Assembly (NCBI GenBank): GCA_043228905.1
Contig: JBHGNT010000016.1
Location: forward strand, 6,014,001 to 6,078,000
Length of the DNA stretch: 64,000 bases
Source: Azolla caroliniana
Lineage: Eukaryota > Plantae > Polypodiophyta
Direction: 5' to 3'
Part shown: piece after piece, positions 35,138 through 48,000 of the stretch
Layout: every line of letters starts with the position of its first letter
Position numbering within the stretch: the stretch's first letter is position 1
The notes under the pieces: model-generated
Seen by the model: only the letters and a program-made list of their open reading frames with translations
What the model was told of the DNA's origin: nothing
The model's database searches: none
Made by a program: the position numbers and the translations under genes

Positions 35138-38100
35138 AAAAATGGTTTATATTATGTCTAAAGCAGTTTACATGATACTTCAATACATATTTTTACCTTT
35201 TTCAACTGCTCTTAGGCTGCCACATCCATACATATCTCCCAAAGCATTACCAAAGAACAGTTGTACATGGCCACTTGCCTCATGTCGGTGGAGGAAATAC
35301 CCAGAGAGGTGGCTGATATCATATATTTTCTTCCTTATATATTGGTATTATATGGCTTTTCAAAATTACGCACTAAAAATAATCTTTAAATTGGACCTTA
35401 AAATGATAGAGAACCTTGCTATAAAATGGACAAAATTACATACAATGTCAACGGTAATTTTTAGTCCTTTGCTCCCAACGTATTAACTTGATAGGTAAAA
35501 CTTAGAATGTTGCAGTTAGACCGAGGTACAAATGTCTTGATTTTATCTTGGGGCACTAGTAAGTGTAGGGTAAAAAAGCATGGCTTATGTCTTCAAGCAT
35601 ACGGATTAGTTAATAGTGCACGTGTAGCTTGGGTCTCCATGCCATTGTTCACATTGAAGAGAATGTGAGCTAAGTCATATGGAAGCAAAGTTGTGAAGGA
35701 TAGACAAGTGGTTGGGCGATAGCAAGTAAGGGTGAGAGTGATATTTCTTGTTCAAAGAAGAATATTGTTTTATATTTTGGTGTGTAATATTTTATGGAAG
35801 ATGTGGTCAATGAGACTCCATATCTCCCCAAGTCATGGTAAATTAGCATTGCTAAAATACTTCATTCACTGATAGACTATTTAAGCATCATGAAGCAAGT
35901 AAAATTCATCTTCATTTCTAAATAGTTTTTACGTGATATATGTCTTCTGAAAGTGAATATTTTACTTCTTTCCCACATAATAATTGCCACAAAGTGCATG
36001 AGACGTTTTGTTTTAATCTTATGCATTAACTCCATGAACACAACCTTGATGAGAAGTGATCCGACCACTAGAAATAGGTGAATGTATGGTGTTTGTTTCT
36101 TGACTCGAAAAAACTTCATAAGAAAACACTTTTGGACATTGTTGAACTTAGAGATGCCAATATCTTACACTTCAACTCCATAGGGGAGCACCAATGTCAC
36201 CAAAGTGGCAAGTATTTTTTGAGAACTCGATGTTTCATCTCTACTAATCTACTGCATATGTTCTTTAGATGCGTAACAAGCTCTGTTTCCCAATTCCACA
36301 CAACCATTATCACATTCATGTCATCTATGATGCAATGTGGAATTCTCGACCAATTACTTACTAATATACACCATTTTGAGAACCAATAATGTTTTAGACA
36401 TATGGATAGACATCAAAGAAAGGTGTAAATTAAGGTTTTAATGTTTTCAATCAAAATCACTATCTATTTCTAGTGGGAGGAGTGTTACTCTAAGCTTGTC
36501 AATGGTTTGAAGTACGTTTACCATTGTAAAGAGTATTCAACTCAAAAATGTAATGATGGAGCGAAAACAAATAATAATAATTAGGGTTTAGGGTTTCCGA
36601 ACTAGGGTTCTCAAAAAAGAAAAGATAGCCAGGAGAGAGAGAGAGAGAATCATTTCCATTAATTTCCAACATATATTATTTATTATTTGTAATATCAAAT
36701 TTATATGAAGAAACATAATGAAAGTTGTAAAGAAGCCGAAAGTGAGACATGAGTAGACGCTCATGTTTCAATAGTCACATACCGTCTTATTTCATCTACG
36801 ATTACTTGCACTGGTCAATCGTGTATTTATGGTTGCAGTTATGATTAGTATGCATTGCTATTTAATTTTCTTATATCCAAGGTGTACGTGGAAGTGTTAC
36901 GTGAGCGTAATGACATACATGTGCCACATGGTTCGCGAGCATGTGTATTCCTAATGCAATAGTTATTTCAGAGTATAATTTATTATTCGACTTGGAAAAT
37001 TAAAGTGAGGATGTTAGAGATCGGGAAGGAACTTATTAATTCGATAAGATATTTGAAAGGCATGTGTGTGGTTCACACATGGATAAGAAAACACACCACA
37101 CCAAGAAGATACCTATAGTGCCTTTAAATAGGTCAACGTACACAAATCAACCCATACAAAACTTAATGTATTGATCTCCTACCTCATTGTGCATGGCACA
37201 TGTGATACTAATAATATTAATCACAACAGTTTCGGATCAGATTTGTCGCTAATGCTCAAAAGCATGTAAGTTCTAACCACGTCTATTATACATATAAGAA
37301 GCTTGGATCCCTTGGCATGTGACCCAACACTTAGTACTGAGCTTTTGCAACCCTCTTTGGTGGGGATTCCTTCCACAGTGAGTCTCACCCTTTGAAGGCA
37401 CGCTTCCATGATGCATTATCCTTTTTCTTAGTGTATCTAAAGGGACAAATGATTGAAACTCTTCGTCATCTAGAGTTGTAATCATATATTTTTGAATAGT
37501 ATCTAGGAGGCAAAATCCCTCAATAGTGTTATGTGATACCATCCAAACCATTATTCATCTTTTCTTCGCGTGTCTTGTCCACTATGTTGGGTTTTATTCA
37601 CCAAACTTTATACAATAATAGCATATGATCAAGTGATAATCTAGTTCTGCCACCCTTCATTCTTTATTAACCAATGTTATTATAAAACCACACATTTTGA
37701 GAGTACAAAGGATATGAAATCGAAGGGTGGAGGAATGATAACACCTCTTTATCAACACTAACAAACTGAATTAGGTTGATAATGTTGTTGCTCAACCCAT
37801 GGTAATAGTCATAAAATAACTTATATTACCTAGGAAACATTCTCCCCCTCCACTAAATTCATAAATGAGAATTCTTCCCAATGTGTGATAGTTAAATGCA
37901 TCCTTCATTCTTGTAGCAAACATAATTAACTAATTTTTGGTCTTATCCACACAACATGTGCGAATCATTCAGAATCAATAAGGCCCATTCTATAACCCTA
38001 TCACCAATATGTCTATACAATAAGTTTCAGTAGGCTAAGATTCTATCTCTATAACCAATAATTGGTTAGATCAAATCAATTGTGGGGGTATATAGAAATC

Positions 38101-39599
38101 AACTTGTGTTTAACATGCAAAATTCTTGTTTTTGAGTTGTCCTTGACTTGATCTGCAAATATTCATGAAATCAATATTGTCTTTTATATATTGCAAGTGT
38201 AGAAGTCCATGGAACGGACATAGTGCACTTATTTGCATACTTTTGTATTGCCATAATAAAATCTATATTCCTTGTTAAAGAAAAATTTAATTTTTCGTCT
38301 TCATGGAGTATATTGTTTCATATGTAACAAGGGGCCATAAATGTTGAGTTAATGCTCAATATATTTGAATTACACCTTGCGAATGAGGTCTAAACTATTG
38401 ATGTTGATAGAGCTAATATCAAGACATGTGTATATGTGAATATGTGTGTGTGTGTGTGTGTGTGTGTATAAACTCAAAAGTGCAAGCAGACACATTATAC
38501 ATTCTCTGCTACTGTTCCAAACAGTATGTGACATGTCCATAAGAAAGATTCTTACCAAAACTAATTGAATGTTTTACTTGTCTCATTAGCAACATGAGAT
38601 TTGCATATCAATTCCTTCTTGTGAAAATCATCATTGACAATTACTTTGATATATATTTTCATAATCGGTCATTGCATTGCCAAGTTGAGAACATTGGACA
38701 CAATACATATGCCAAAAACTTGACATGCTCTTTCAATGTGTTCATGCAAGATACGCATTTGCCATAACGAGCCATCCCACGAAGAGCAAAGCATTGTGGG
38801 AATTTTCCTATCTGATATTTTTTTTTGTTTTTGCATATGGTACGGAAACATTATTCTTGAGCTTCAGTCAATCATCTTTACTATTTATTGGATGCCAGTA
38901 CTTCGTACAATTTTTGTGAATAGAGACCCATTTGGATAGGAAATATTACTACCCGAACTAGATCAATCAAGGATGCCGACACATGGGGAAGAAATTTACT
39001 TGTATGTTATGTGTGTGCACTAGTATATGAAGTTGATTAGGACGTAGGTGTGTCGGTTTACTTTTGATAATTGATATTGGTGTATGCCGAAATAATGAAC
39101 CAACTTTATGTGTCTATGACAACATTGCTAGGTGTGCAAGTAACATCCCTTTGTTTTAGGTAGCATTGTTGTCTAACGGCATCCGAGGGGCCTCCCTTCT
39201 TAAAACCAAACATTTGTGAAAACTCAACGATTTCCTCAAAATCACATCACCCTTAAAATAGTGTGTACATTATACCTACCCTCTGGATGCGATCGCAATC
39301 TAAGTATATGATAGATATACTCATGCAATATTATTCTTTTGCACTTTGGATTGTTTTAACTTTTTGCCTCTTAAATGTGGTTGATAAATATTAAAAACCA
39401 AAACCCAGAAAAGGGCATTACGTGTACGTATGCGATTCACAATCTCATATTCGAAAGCTTTAACCATTTTTTGATAAAGGAAAGAAAAAACTTCACCCAC
39501 TTTCACCAAAAAGAGAACACAACAATTTCGTATTCTAAAATGTTTTGGTAACTTTTCAAACTTGGTTTCTCGAAATGATAGATGAGATTTGGGTACTTT

Positions 39600-39600
<1 letters not shown>

Positions 39601-39634
<34 letters not shown>
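39601..39634. repeat. (AG)n microsatellite
   Basis: Directly visible. Confidence 0.95.
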
Positions 39635-39638
<4 letters not shown>

Positions 39639-42600
39639 TTGATGCTACAAAGGGAGACTAGATGCCATCTATGGAATTTACCAGGTGCATTGTCCTACTT
39701 AAGGTCACCACCTTAAAGTAATTCGGCTCCTTTTCTTTTCCTTTTTGGAAACACGTCTCTCACAAGGGGCAAAGAGAAAGAAGAATGCATGAACTTGCTT
39801 TAAGCTTTAGTCAAAGGGTAGAGTCAATCCGTTTTATATGCATTGTTTAGTGCACAAAACACAAAAAATACAAACGAATGAGAATGTATGTAATCTATAA
39901 CATACATTTAAAGAATCTATCATATTAATATATTCACACACACATAAATATATAATGAGGGGAGAGAACTAAAATGCTCATAACTTTGTAGCCAAGTTAC
40001 TAGAGTACCTCTTCGTCTTCTTTTTTAAAAATTACCTGAATCTCCCTAGGTTTTTAAAATATGACTGAAAAACCACTGCTTTTGAGCTGACCTCAACTTA
40101 ACATTGACAACTACATCTCTATGAATGGTTAATTATGAGATCTAAATCGCTAATTGAAAACTAACATTAATATGAGAGTTATATTATGAGGTCTCCTTCT
40201 CTCATGAAAGATAGCGAGATAGTTTATGAGATTGAACCAAACTGCATGCACAAAATCTACTGTCTTTTGTGAATTTGGTGATGTTGCGAGCATAAACACA
40301 CATTCATTGTCACCTTTAGATCTGGTTATCCTTAAGAAATTTATTCCCCTTTGGTTGAAGTAAAATTATGAAATTTATACTGAAGGATCTTGTTTAATGC
40401 TTGCTAATATCTGTTAACAAGGAATGATTTTTTTTAATGATTTTTGTTACAACATGTTCTGAACAGATCCAAAACATCATTCAAATTTACACACTTTCTC
40501 TCAGTGGAAGATGAAACCAATCAACCACTTTATCGCTAGCCATTAGGAATTGTTATTTTCTTATGGAAGCAAAAAGAGGATTGACTACTTTGAAAGTTTC
40601 TTCAAGCAAGTGCATTGTGAAATTCATAGGATATACTCAAAGCATCGATGAAATGAATTGAAGCTTGTAGATGATAGGGATTCAAAGCAACAAATGTGAT
40701 TATAAAGCTTATAAATCTTTTTAAACCGATCATTTCTCTATCTAACTTTGACTCAAATGCAAACAAATATGTCTCTAAATAGAGCAATGGGTAGTCTCAC
40801 ATAAGTATGACAAACTTATGAATATTTTCTAGTTGGTCTAGAAATATGGATACTTCTGAAATATTTCCAAATCCAAAAAAGATTAGCGAGGAGCACAATG
40901 AGCAACCTTTTATATGGGTATTATGAACCCATTTAAGAATTTAGTTGCGCAATTGATATTAAATAAACGCACACAATGTGAAATTATTGCCTTTATGGAT
41001 TATATTATGGTGAATGATTGTTTATATATTAATGTGTTCATGTTAAGTATTTTTTTAGGGTAAAGTGCATTCTTTGCAAAAGTGAGGCCATGGTTACAAG
41101 TCTCCATCAATGGGTTTGACGTTCCGTCAATTATAAAAGCCCTTCTTCAAAATTATAGTTTGAGATAACGCACCCTAAATGTTGAGACATAAAGAAATGA
41201 CTCTAAACCATTATTAGCAATGCCCTTTCAAAGGCAATGTTCATTGGTGGCAAATGAGTTGCCTATCTTGAGAGCCAGATTAGTAAATCTTAAAAACTCT
41301 ACACATAAATAGTTTGAGATCATGCATAGAAAACGGTTTTGAGTTGCCTTCGTGATGAGTATAAAGAGTCAACATGGTAAGTTAGATGTCATAGCATGGG
41401 ACCCCGTAGTTTTTTACTGTCCATTGACATTCCAAGATCTATCCACGTGCAATCTATTAAATGCCATACATGCGAGCATCTAATTTTGTTTCTTCGGCAT
41501 GGTAATTCTAATTGACTCTTTATGATCGAAAGCCAACACTGTTTCACTTGACACGGCAACATATAACTTTTTTCCTCTTTGTAAAGCGTCATCACAGATT
41601 CAAACCTAGTCGACTATATTCGGTTGATATTTGAAGAATGATTACATAAAAGGATCACACACTTGTGACAACACGTGGAGACTTGGAGTTCTTTAAAACG
41701 CTCTAAATGCTTGTAGTGTGTTGGGCAGTTTTTTCTATTTTCTAGTATCAAACAAGTATTTTGAAACATGCATACACCTAGTTTCATAACAATGAAGGCA
41801 CTAACTATAATTTAATAGAATAGTGATACTTTTTTATGAAGGAAAAACTACACTTTTAGTATGCACATGTTTGCACGAACTATATGTATATTATTTCCAC
41901 GATTTCATATTGGATGTCTCTTTTTTTCCGAAAATAATAGTTTTTATTACAAAAGAAAAATACCCCCACCACTAACTTTCAATGAACTTTGGATCCCTCT
42001 GGGATCTAAACCGCCAAGTCTAACCTACAACGAACTTTGGATTTCATATCAAAGTCTTTCTCTCTCTATATATACGTGCATCCCCATATGCTTGTAAGTA
42101 TTAATAAAGATCAATGGCCTAATCACAAAACTAAATAGATGTAAGATCGATTATCCCTCTTCAATGGCCATGGTTTTTCATGTATCGCTTATGTTCAACC
42201 ACTTCCTCGATACCTTGAATGTTGTCCTAGCCTGAAATATACATGGGTTTACACAAATACATCATAGCACAATGTGTATGCACGCTTAGTTTAAATCATT
42301 CCTTAAACAAACAAGCACTATTATGACCTTTTGAAAGATAGAGTGTGTGTGCGAGGGTGAGAGAAATGTGTGTCTATGTGTAAGAGTGAAAACAAGTTTG
42401 TCATGGTTGGTTGCCGCATATACGGGTTCAACACCTACACATTCTAGGGTTGTCTAGAGAAATAACAAATAGGCGGGCAAGACCCGAGACTTGACAATCA
42501 ATCTTTGAGGGTAGGCCCCGTTTTGCGTTGAAACTCTTGATTCCACAGTTGGTTCCTATATACCCCCTCTTCTGTATGTAGACCCACCCACCCTATCGTT

Positions 42601-44029
42601 TCTAAAGATGGTGCCAAGAAAGAGAATAATAACTATAATGTAGTACAGTGGTTGCACACTATTAAAAGAGAAAAACTCCACTTAAACTCATCAATAAGTT
42701 TGCACATATAATATATATATATAAATATATTATTTTCATCAAAATCATGTTGAAAGTCAAGCCCTTTGTCTTCATTCTCACAATAACAATTTTGTCTCTC
42801 TCATCATTGCATCATGCCATGCAATTTGATGACCAAAAGTGCTTGGTCTCTATTCTTGTCGATCTTTAGAGGTGGATCAACTGTATTGATAGACAAGGCA
42901 CTCCCACGCCCATTGGAGAATCCAATGCCATTGATCTTACCTTGCCTCTCTCATATACTACTTAATCCTAAAAAGAGTAAAGAGAAGCAAATGATCTACT
43001 ATTGGAGAGAGCTAAAGACTCCCATCTAGGAAAAGCCCTAGACCACATGGGAAAAGAATGAACTATAGATCTTCAAAAATTGATAAGAACCGTCACTAGA
43101 AAGTTTCAAAGGCTTGAATCAAGGTAATAATACAATTGAGATGAGAGGAGACGCCTCATTGGGGCTTTGGGTTGGGTCCATGTGATTAGTTTTACCTTTT
43201 TGTCTCTACTAGAGAATTTATTCATCAACATTTCTCAAACAAGTGAACAAGCTATAGGATAAATATCAAGTTGGTCTCATAATAGGGCCAATTTAGTTGT
43301 CTTCTTACTTTTCTCTATTTGTTGCAATTATTGTACCCTAGTGCTACGTTGTTAACCTACCAATACAAGGCCTTTGGTTTTAGGGCTCAATCTTCACATC
43401 TCTTTATTACACCATATATGTTTTTCCCCTAGTTTACTAGATGCCATTATGAAATGGAGGGATTGAATGCATGGCATTGTAGTCTCCACCAGAGAACCTT
43501 ACTTACAAAACGACAACTAGGTTAGATCCTCGCCATGAGCTACCATCTCAAAGATCAAAATTAACCTGCTATGGACATCAAAAAGATATCTCATCCTGTT
43601 GCGTATATATCAAAATAACCAATACAAAAAAACATTTCTTCTTGTCTAGACAATAGTGAGGATCTTATGGACTCTCTCTCTCTCTCATACACTCACTCCC
43701 CCCCCATTCTTTAGATTGTATGGATGTTAGTAATACAATTGTCTCCTTCTTATGCTTAATCTCTCTCTGTCTCTCAACAAATCGCTACATTCTCTCTCTA
43801 AAGTTTAGATTTGTCCTCGCTTTCTTTCGCCCCACGTCTTTGAACACACATCACACTTCTACTCAACTGAAAGTTGCGGCCAAGTAGGTATCCAGACTCT
43901 CTCACGGGCCTCGGAACAATCAATCGCACACATACGACGACCGTTCGAGCAACTAGGCTCTTTAAAAGCGAGACAGGCTCCAATTCGGTGTTCCAAACCA
44001 TTACGCCACTATCTCTCCTTCTCCATCTC

Positions 44030-44289
44030 GTTCTCTCTCTCTCTCTCTCTATCCGTCCATCTATCTATCTATCTGTCTGTCTGTTTGTCTCTCTCTCTCT
44101 CTCTCTCTCACTGTGTCTCTATAAAACACAGAGATATACACATGTGGCCCGGCCCCTTAGAGAGAATGAGAGATCTCTTTAGACACTTGTATTCTTTCTT
44201 TTGCTATTTTCTTTTCAGCCTCTTTTCTTTCTTTTTAATCAAATTCCCTTCCCCTTCCTTTGTGTGTGTTATAAAAGAAAAAGAAGAGA

Positions 44290-44325
<36 letters not shown>

Positions 44326-44430
44326 TTTAAATTTGCTCTGTTCCTTTTCTCCCTCTCCATCTCTCTCCTTAAAATTTTTTGTTCTGCTCTCTCTCTCTCT
44401 CTCTCTCTCTTTTAAATTTGCTCTGTTCCT

Positions 44431-44461
<31 letters not shown>

Positions 44462-44505
44462 TTTGCTCTGTTCCTTCTCTCTCTCTCTCTTTTAAATTTG
44501 CTCTG

Positions 44506-44540
<35 letters not shown>

Positions 44541-44611
44541 ACACACACACACACACCTTCACAATACATACATATTTGCTCTGTTTCTTGCTCTTACTCT
44601 CTTAGATTTTT

Positions 44612-44643
<32 letters not shown>

Positions 44644-44784
44644 GATTCTCTCTGAAACAGAATCTGTCTTCTATTGGGCGGCTCTCTGTTGCCGTACACA
44701 TCCTCCTCCTCCTCTCTCTCTCTCTCTCTCTCTTTTCCTCCTCACACACGTGTCGCCCCCACAGAACAAGTCACACGCATCTCT

Positions 44785-44820
<36 letters not shown>
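44030..44820 (+). repeat. (CT)n-rich compound repeat upstream of the 5-phosphatase gene
   Basis: Many (CT)n runs, punctuated at 44325-44590 by a repeated spacer TTAAATTTGCTCTGTTCC. Confidence 0.9.
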
Positions 44821-44822
<2 letters not shown>

Positions 44823-45030
44823 CTATCTGTCTTTTTCTATATGTAGAGAGGAGGGGGGGGGGGCAGGGGACCTATAATTTCACCATAGCCCGTCTTCTTA
44901 AGCAATTCTTCCGATTTGGGCTCTTCCCTAATTTGCAGAGAAAGAAAGAGTAAGAGGAAAACACACACACACACGGACACACACACACACACACACAGGT
45001 AGAGGATACGGAGTATAGGGAGTCTTATCA

Positions 45031-48000
45031 ATGCCCAAGCAAGGAAAGAAGAGAGGGGAGGTAAGCGTGCAAGGAGAGAATGATTCGAGGATTTTCACAA
45101 AAATTCGCCTCAGATTCAAATTCATTTCCCTTTCCATAATGTTGCTCTAATTGTTCATCATCATGCTCTAATGTATGAGAGCTTTTGTAGGATTGATTGT
45201 ATAACATTTGTGTTTACCCTGTTCTAAGCATAACTTTTCTGTGTGCTCTCTCTCTCTCTCTCTGTATATTATATATATGTATGTATGTATGTATATGCAT
45301 GTGCATATGTGTATATATTATGTATATGTATATGTATTATGTTGGGCCAGTCATCCTGTAATCTAGCTCCTGTTGTGCATTTTGTAAATGTTAGTTTATT
45401 ATCCCCTTCTTTTAGATGAGAGATTTCAGTAGTTTGGTTATGAAATCTGATATAGAATTGAATTTATCCTCATCCTATTATGTCAATGGCTTATCATTTC
45501 TTAAATGCCATGTATCTGGGCTATTACTTCCCAGCTGAGAGATTAGATATATTGATTGATAAAATCTAGCTTAAAATTGGATTAATCTTCTGTTGACAAC
45601 CACCATCTTTCATTTACTGCATAGGCGGATTATTATTGTTGTTAATTATTACTCGTCTTAGGTGAACCCTTTTTTCAGGCTTTGTTTCAACTGAATTTTT
45701 GTTTTCCATAAGTGCAGTTATTATGGCCGCGGATGATAATGAAGAAATGGCTAAATATCAACACTGCGGGAGATGAATTCAGTTCAGATGAATTGAGTGC
45801 AGATGAACATGAGGACACGGAAACGGACAATGAGAGTGACTCCGAGTGTGAACCTCGAGGTAACGATCTGTTGTAAAAAAGGTCTGCTAGTTCTTGATAG
45901 GGATAACCTCTAAAATGCCAATGAGTTTTCCTTTATTTGCCCATGTGCCACTAAGTCTTTGCTGTTTCCCCAAATTCCCTTGATCAACCCCTGAAACAGC
46001 AATCCTATGTGCAATTCATCCCAAATTGTCTCTATCCCCCCCCCTCCCCTCCGCCAAGCAAGGCTGTTAGGGGGATAGAATGAAAAATCAGTGGCATTTC
46101 TGAGTTTTCCCCTTATTAGTATCCATGCCCATGAGCAAAAAGAGTAGCTTTTTTGGTATGCATCATCATCATTGGTAATTTTGAATAGTCATAATCTTCA
46201 TCGGTTTTATGTACAATCATGATAACAACACCTAAAACTCCATGAGCTATATGGTTACAGACACTCGTTCGGCGATGGCTTATCGGCACAGCTTTCACGG
46301 TAGGGAAATCTCTCCTTTTAACATGTAAACCATATGATTCAGATTATGGAAGCATTCCGCTTGCTCTAAGTTCTAAAGAATGCCATGAATTTGTAGATGA
46401 GCTACCTCAGAAGAACTCTACTACCACCACGGGAGGGCAATCATTAACCTTGATAAAGGATGTAAGAGATGGTGAGCGTAGCTACGCGATATTCAAATTA
46501 AGATTAGGGAAACATGGTCTTTGCTGTAACCTATCTATTGATCTTGTAGATGACTCGCAATCAAAGGAGAACACTTCGACCTTCAAGAGAGGCCCCTCGG
46601 TATCGTTTAAAAGGAATGTAAGAGATGGTGAGCATAGCTATGAGATATTAAAATCAATCATAACGAAAAGAATATACACCTTACACTATATAACATATGT
46701 ACCTCAACATGTAGATGAGCTATTAAAGGAAAACTGTATGACTGCTAAGAGAGGCCAATCGTTGACACTGACAAGAGATGTAAAATATGGTAAGTTACCC
46801 CACCCAAGAATTATATTGAGCTTAAGAAAATATACTCTTTTGCACTATGTTCTAACAGGTAACCTGTTGATTTTGTAGAGGAGTTACCAAAGAAGAACTG
46901 GACATCCATCAGGAGAGGCCAATCAGTAACATTGAAGAGGGAATTCACTGATAAGGAGGAGTTCCGGTATGCAAATACTCATACAACATTGAAATCATGA
47001 AAATTCTCTCTTCTTAACAAGGGTTTTGTGTCATTCGATTTCTCTGGAAACCTCTGGTGACAGCATAGTTGTTGGCACATGGAATGTTGCGGGAAGAACA
47101 CCGCCTCCAAAGCTAGATCTAGAAGGGTGGCTTCACATGGAAGATCCTGCTGATATCTATGTGCTAGGGTACGATATGAAACTCCTGTTTATTGAAGAGG
47201 AAAGTTGGTTTTTTTATGGACAATCTATATCAAAATGCTTCATGATGTGTTTTTCTTGGGTCTATAGAAAAAAAACACCCAAACACCCCTTGTTTGGTTT
47301 TTGGGTGTTACGAGAATAGCAGTGTGTTTTCAAATATTACCAGATTGGCCCTATTCCAGTACCAAATTATGTGTTCTCATGTAATGCACCCCACTTTTGG
47401 ATTTGCAGCTTCCAGGAAATTGTTCCTTTAAATGCAGGCAATGTCTTTGGTAGTGAAGACAATGGGCCAACACTTGAATGGCAAGGTCTCATACGTGAGA
47501 CCTTAAATAAATCAAGAGAGAGTGATTGTAAATGTTACAGTGCTCCTTCATCACCTACTGGAGAGATAGAATCGGAGACTTCAGATATAATTGTTGGAAA
47601 TGGAGATCTCGATGCTGAACGGATTCTCATTGATGAAGAAACAAGCTTTTTGGGGTTAGACAACATCCCCTTGGAATCAAGCCAAGTACATGAAGCTCAA
47701 GAGATGAATGATAACAATTCAAATGTAGTCAAAGTGGTTAGAAGAACAGAGAGAATCGGCCTCGGGACAAAACAGCACCATCACCATCACCAGAGAGCGG
47801 AGTCTGAACCAATGAATTGGCTCTCTCTTCGAGATTTCCCACACAATGGTGGTTTAGTGGATGCAGATGGGACACGGCGTAGAGTCTCGTTTTCATCTTC
47901 GTCAGGGCTTATGCATATCCACCAGAATCTGGACAAGAAGAGAGTGAGATTTGTCCGGGTTGCTAGCAAGCAAATGGTCGGGATCCACATCTCTGTCTGG

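Noticed and set aside
31850-43600. Stretches that look like decayed transposase or retroelement coding sequence
   Set aside because: No long ORF or motif I can name with confidence; this needs a translated search against TE protein libraries.
43874-45137. Leu/Ser-rich ORFs of 60-134 aa
   Set aside because: They are translations of (CT)n and (CA)n microsatellites.
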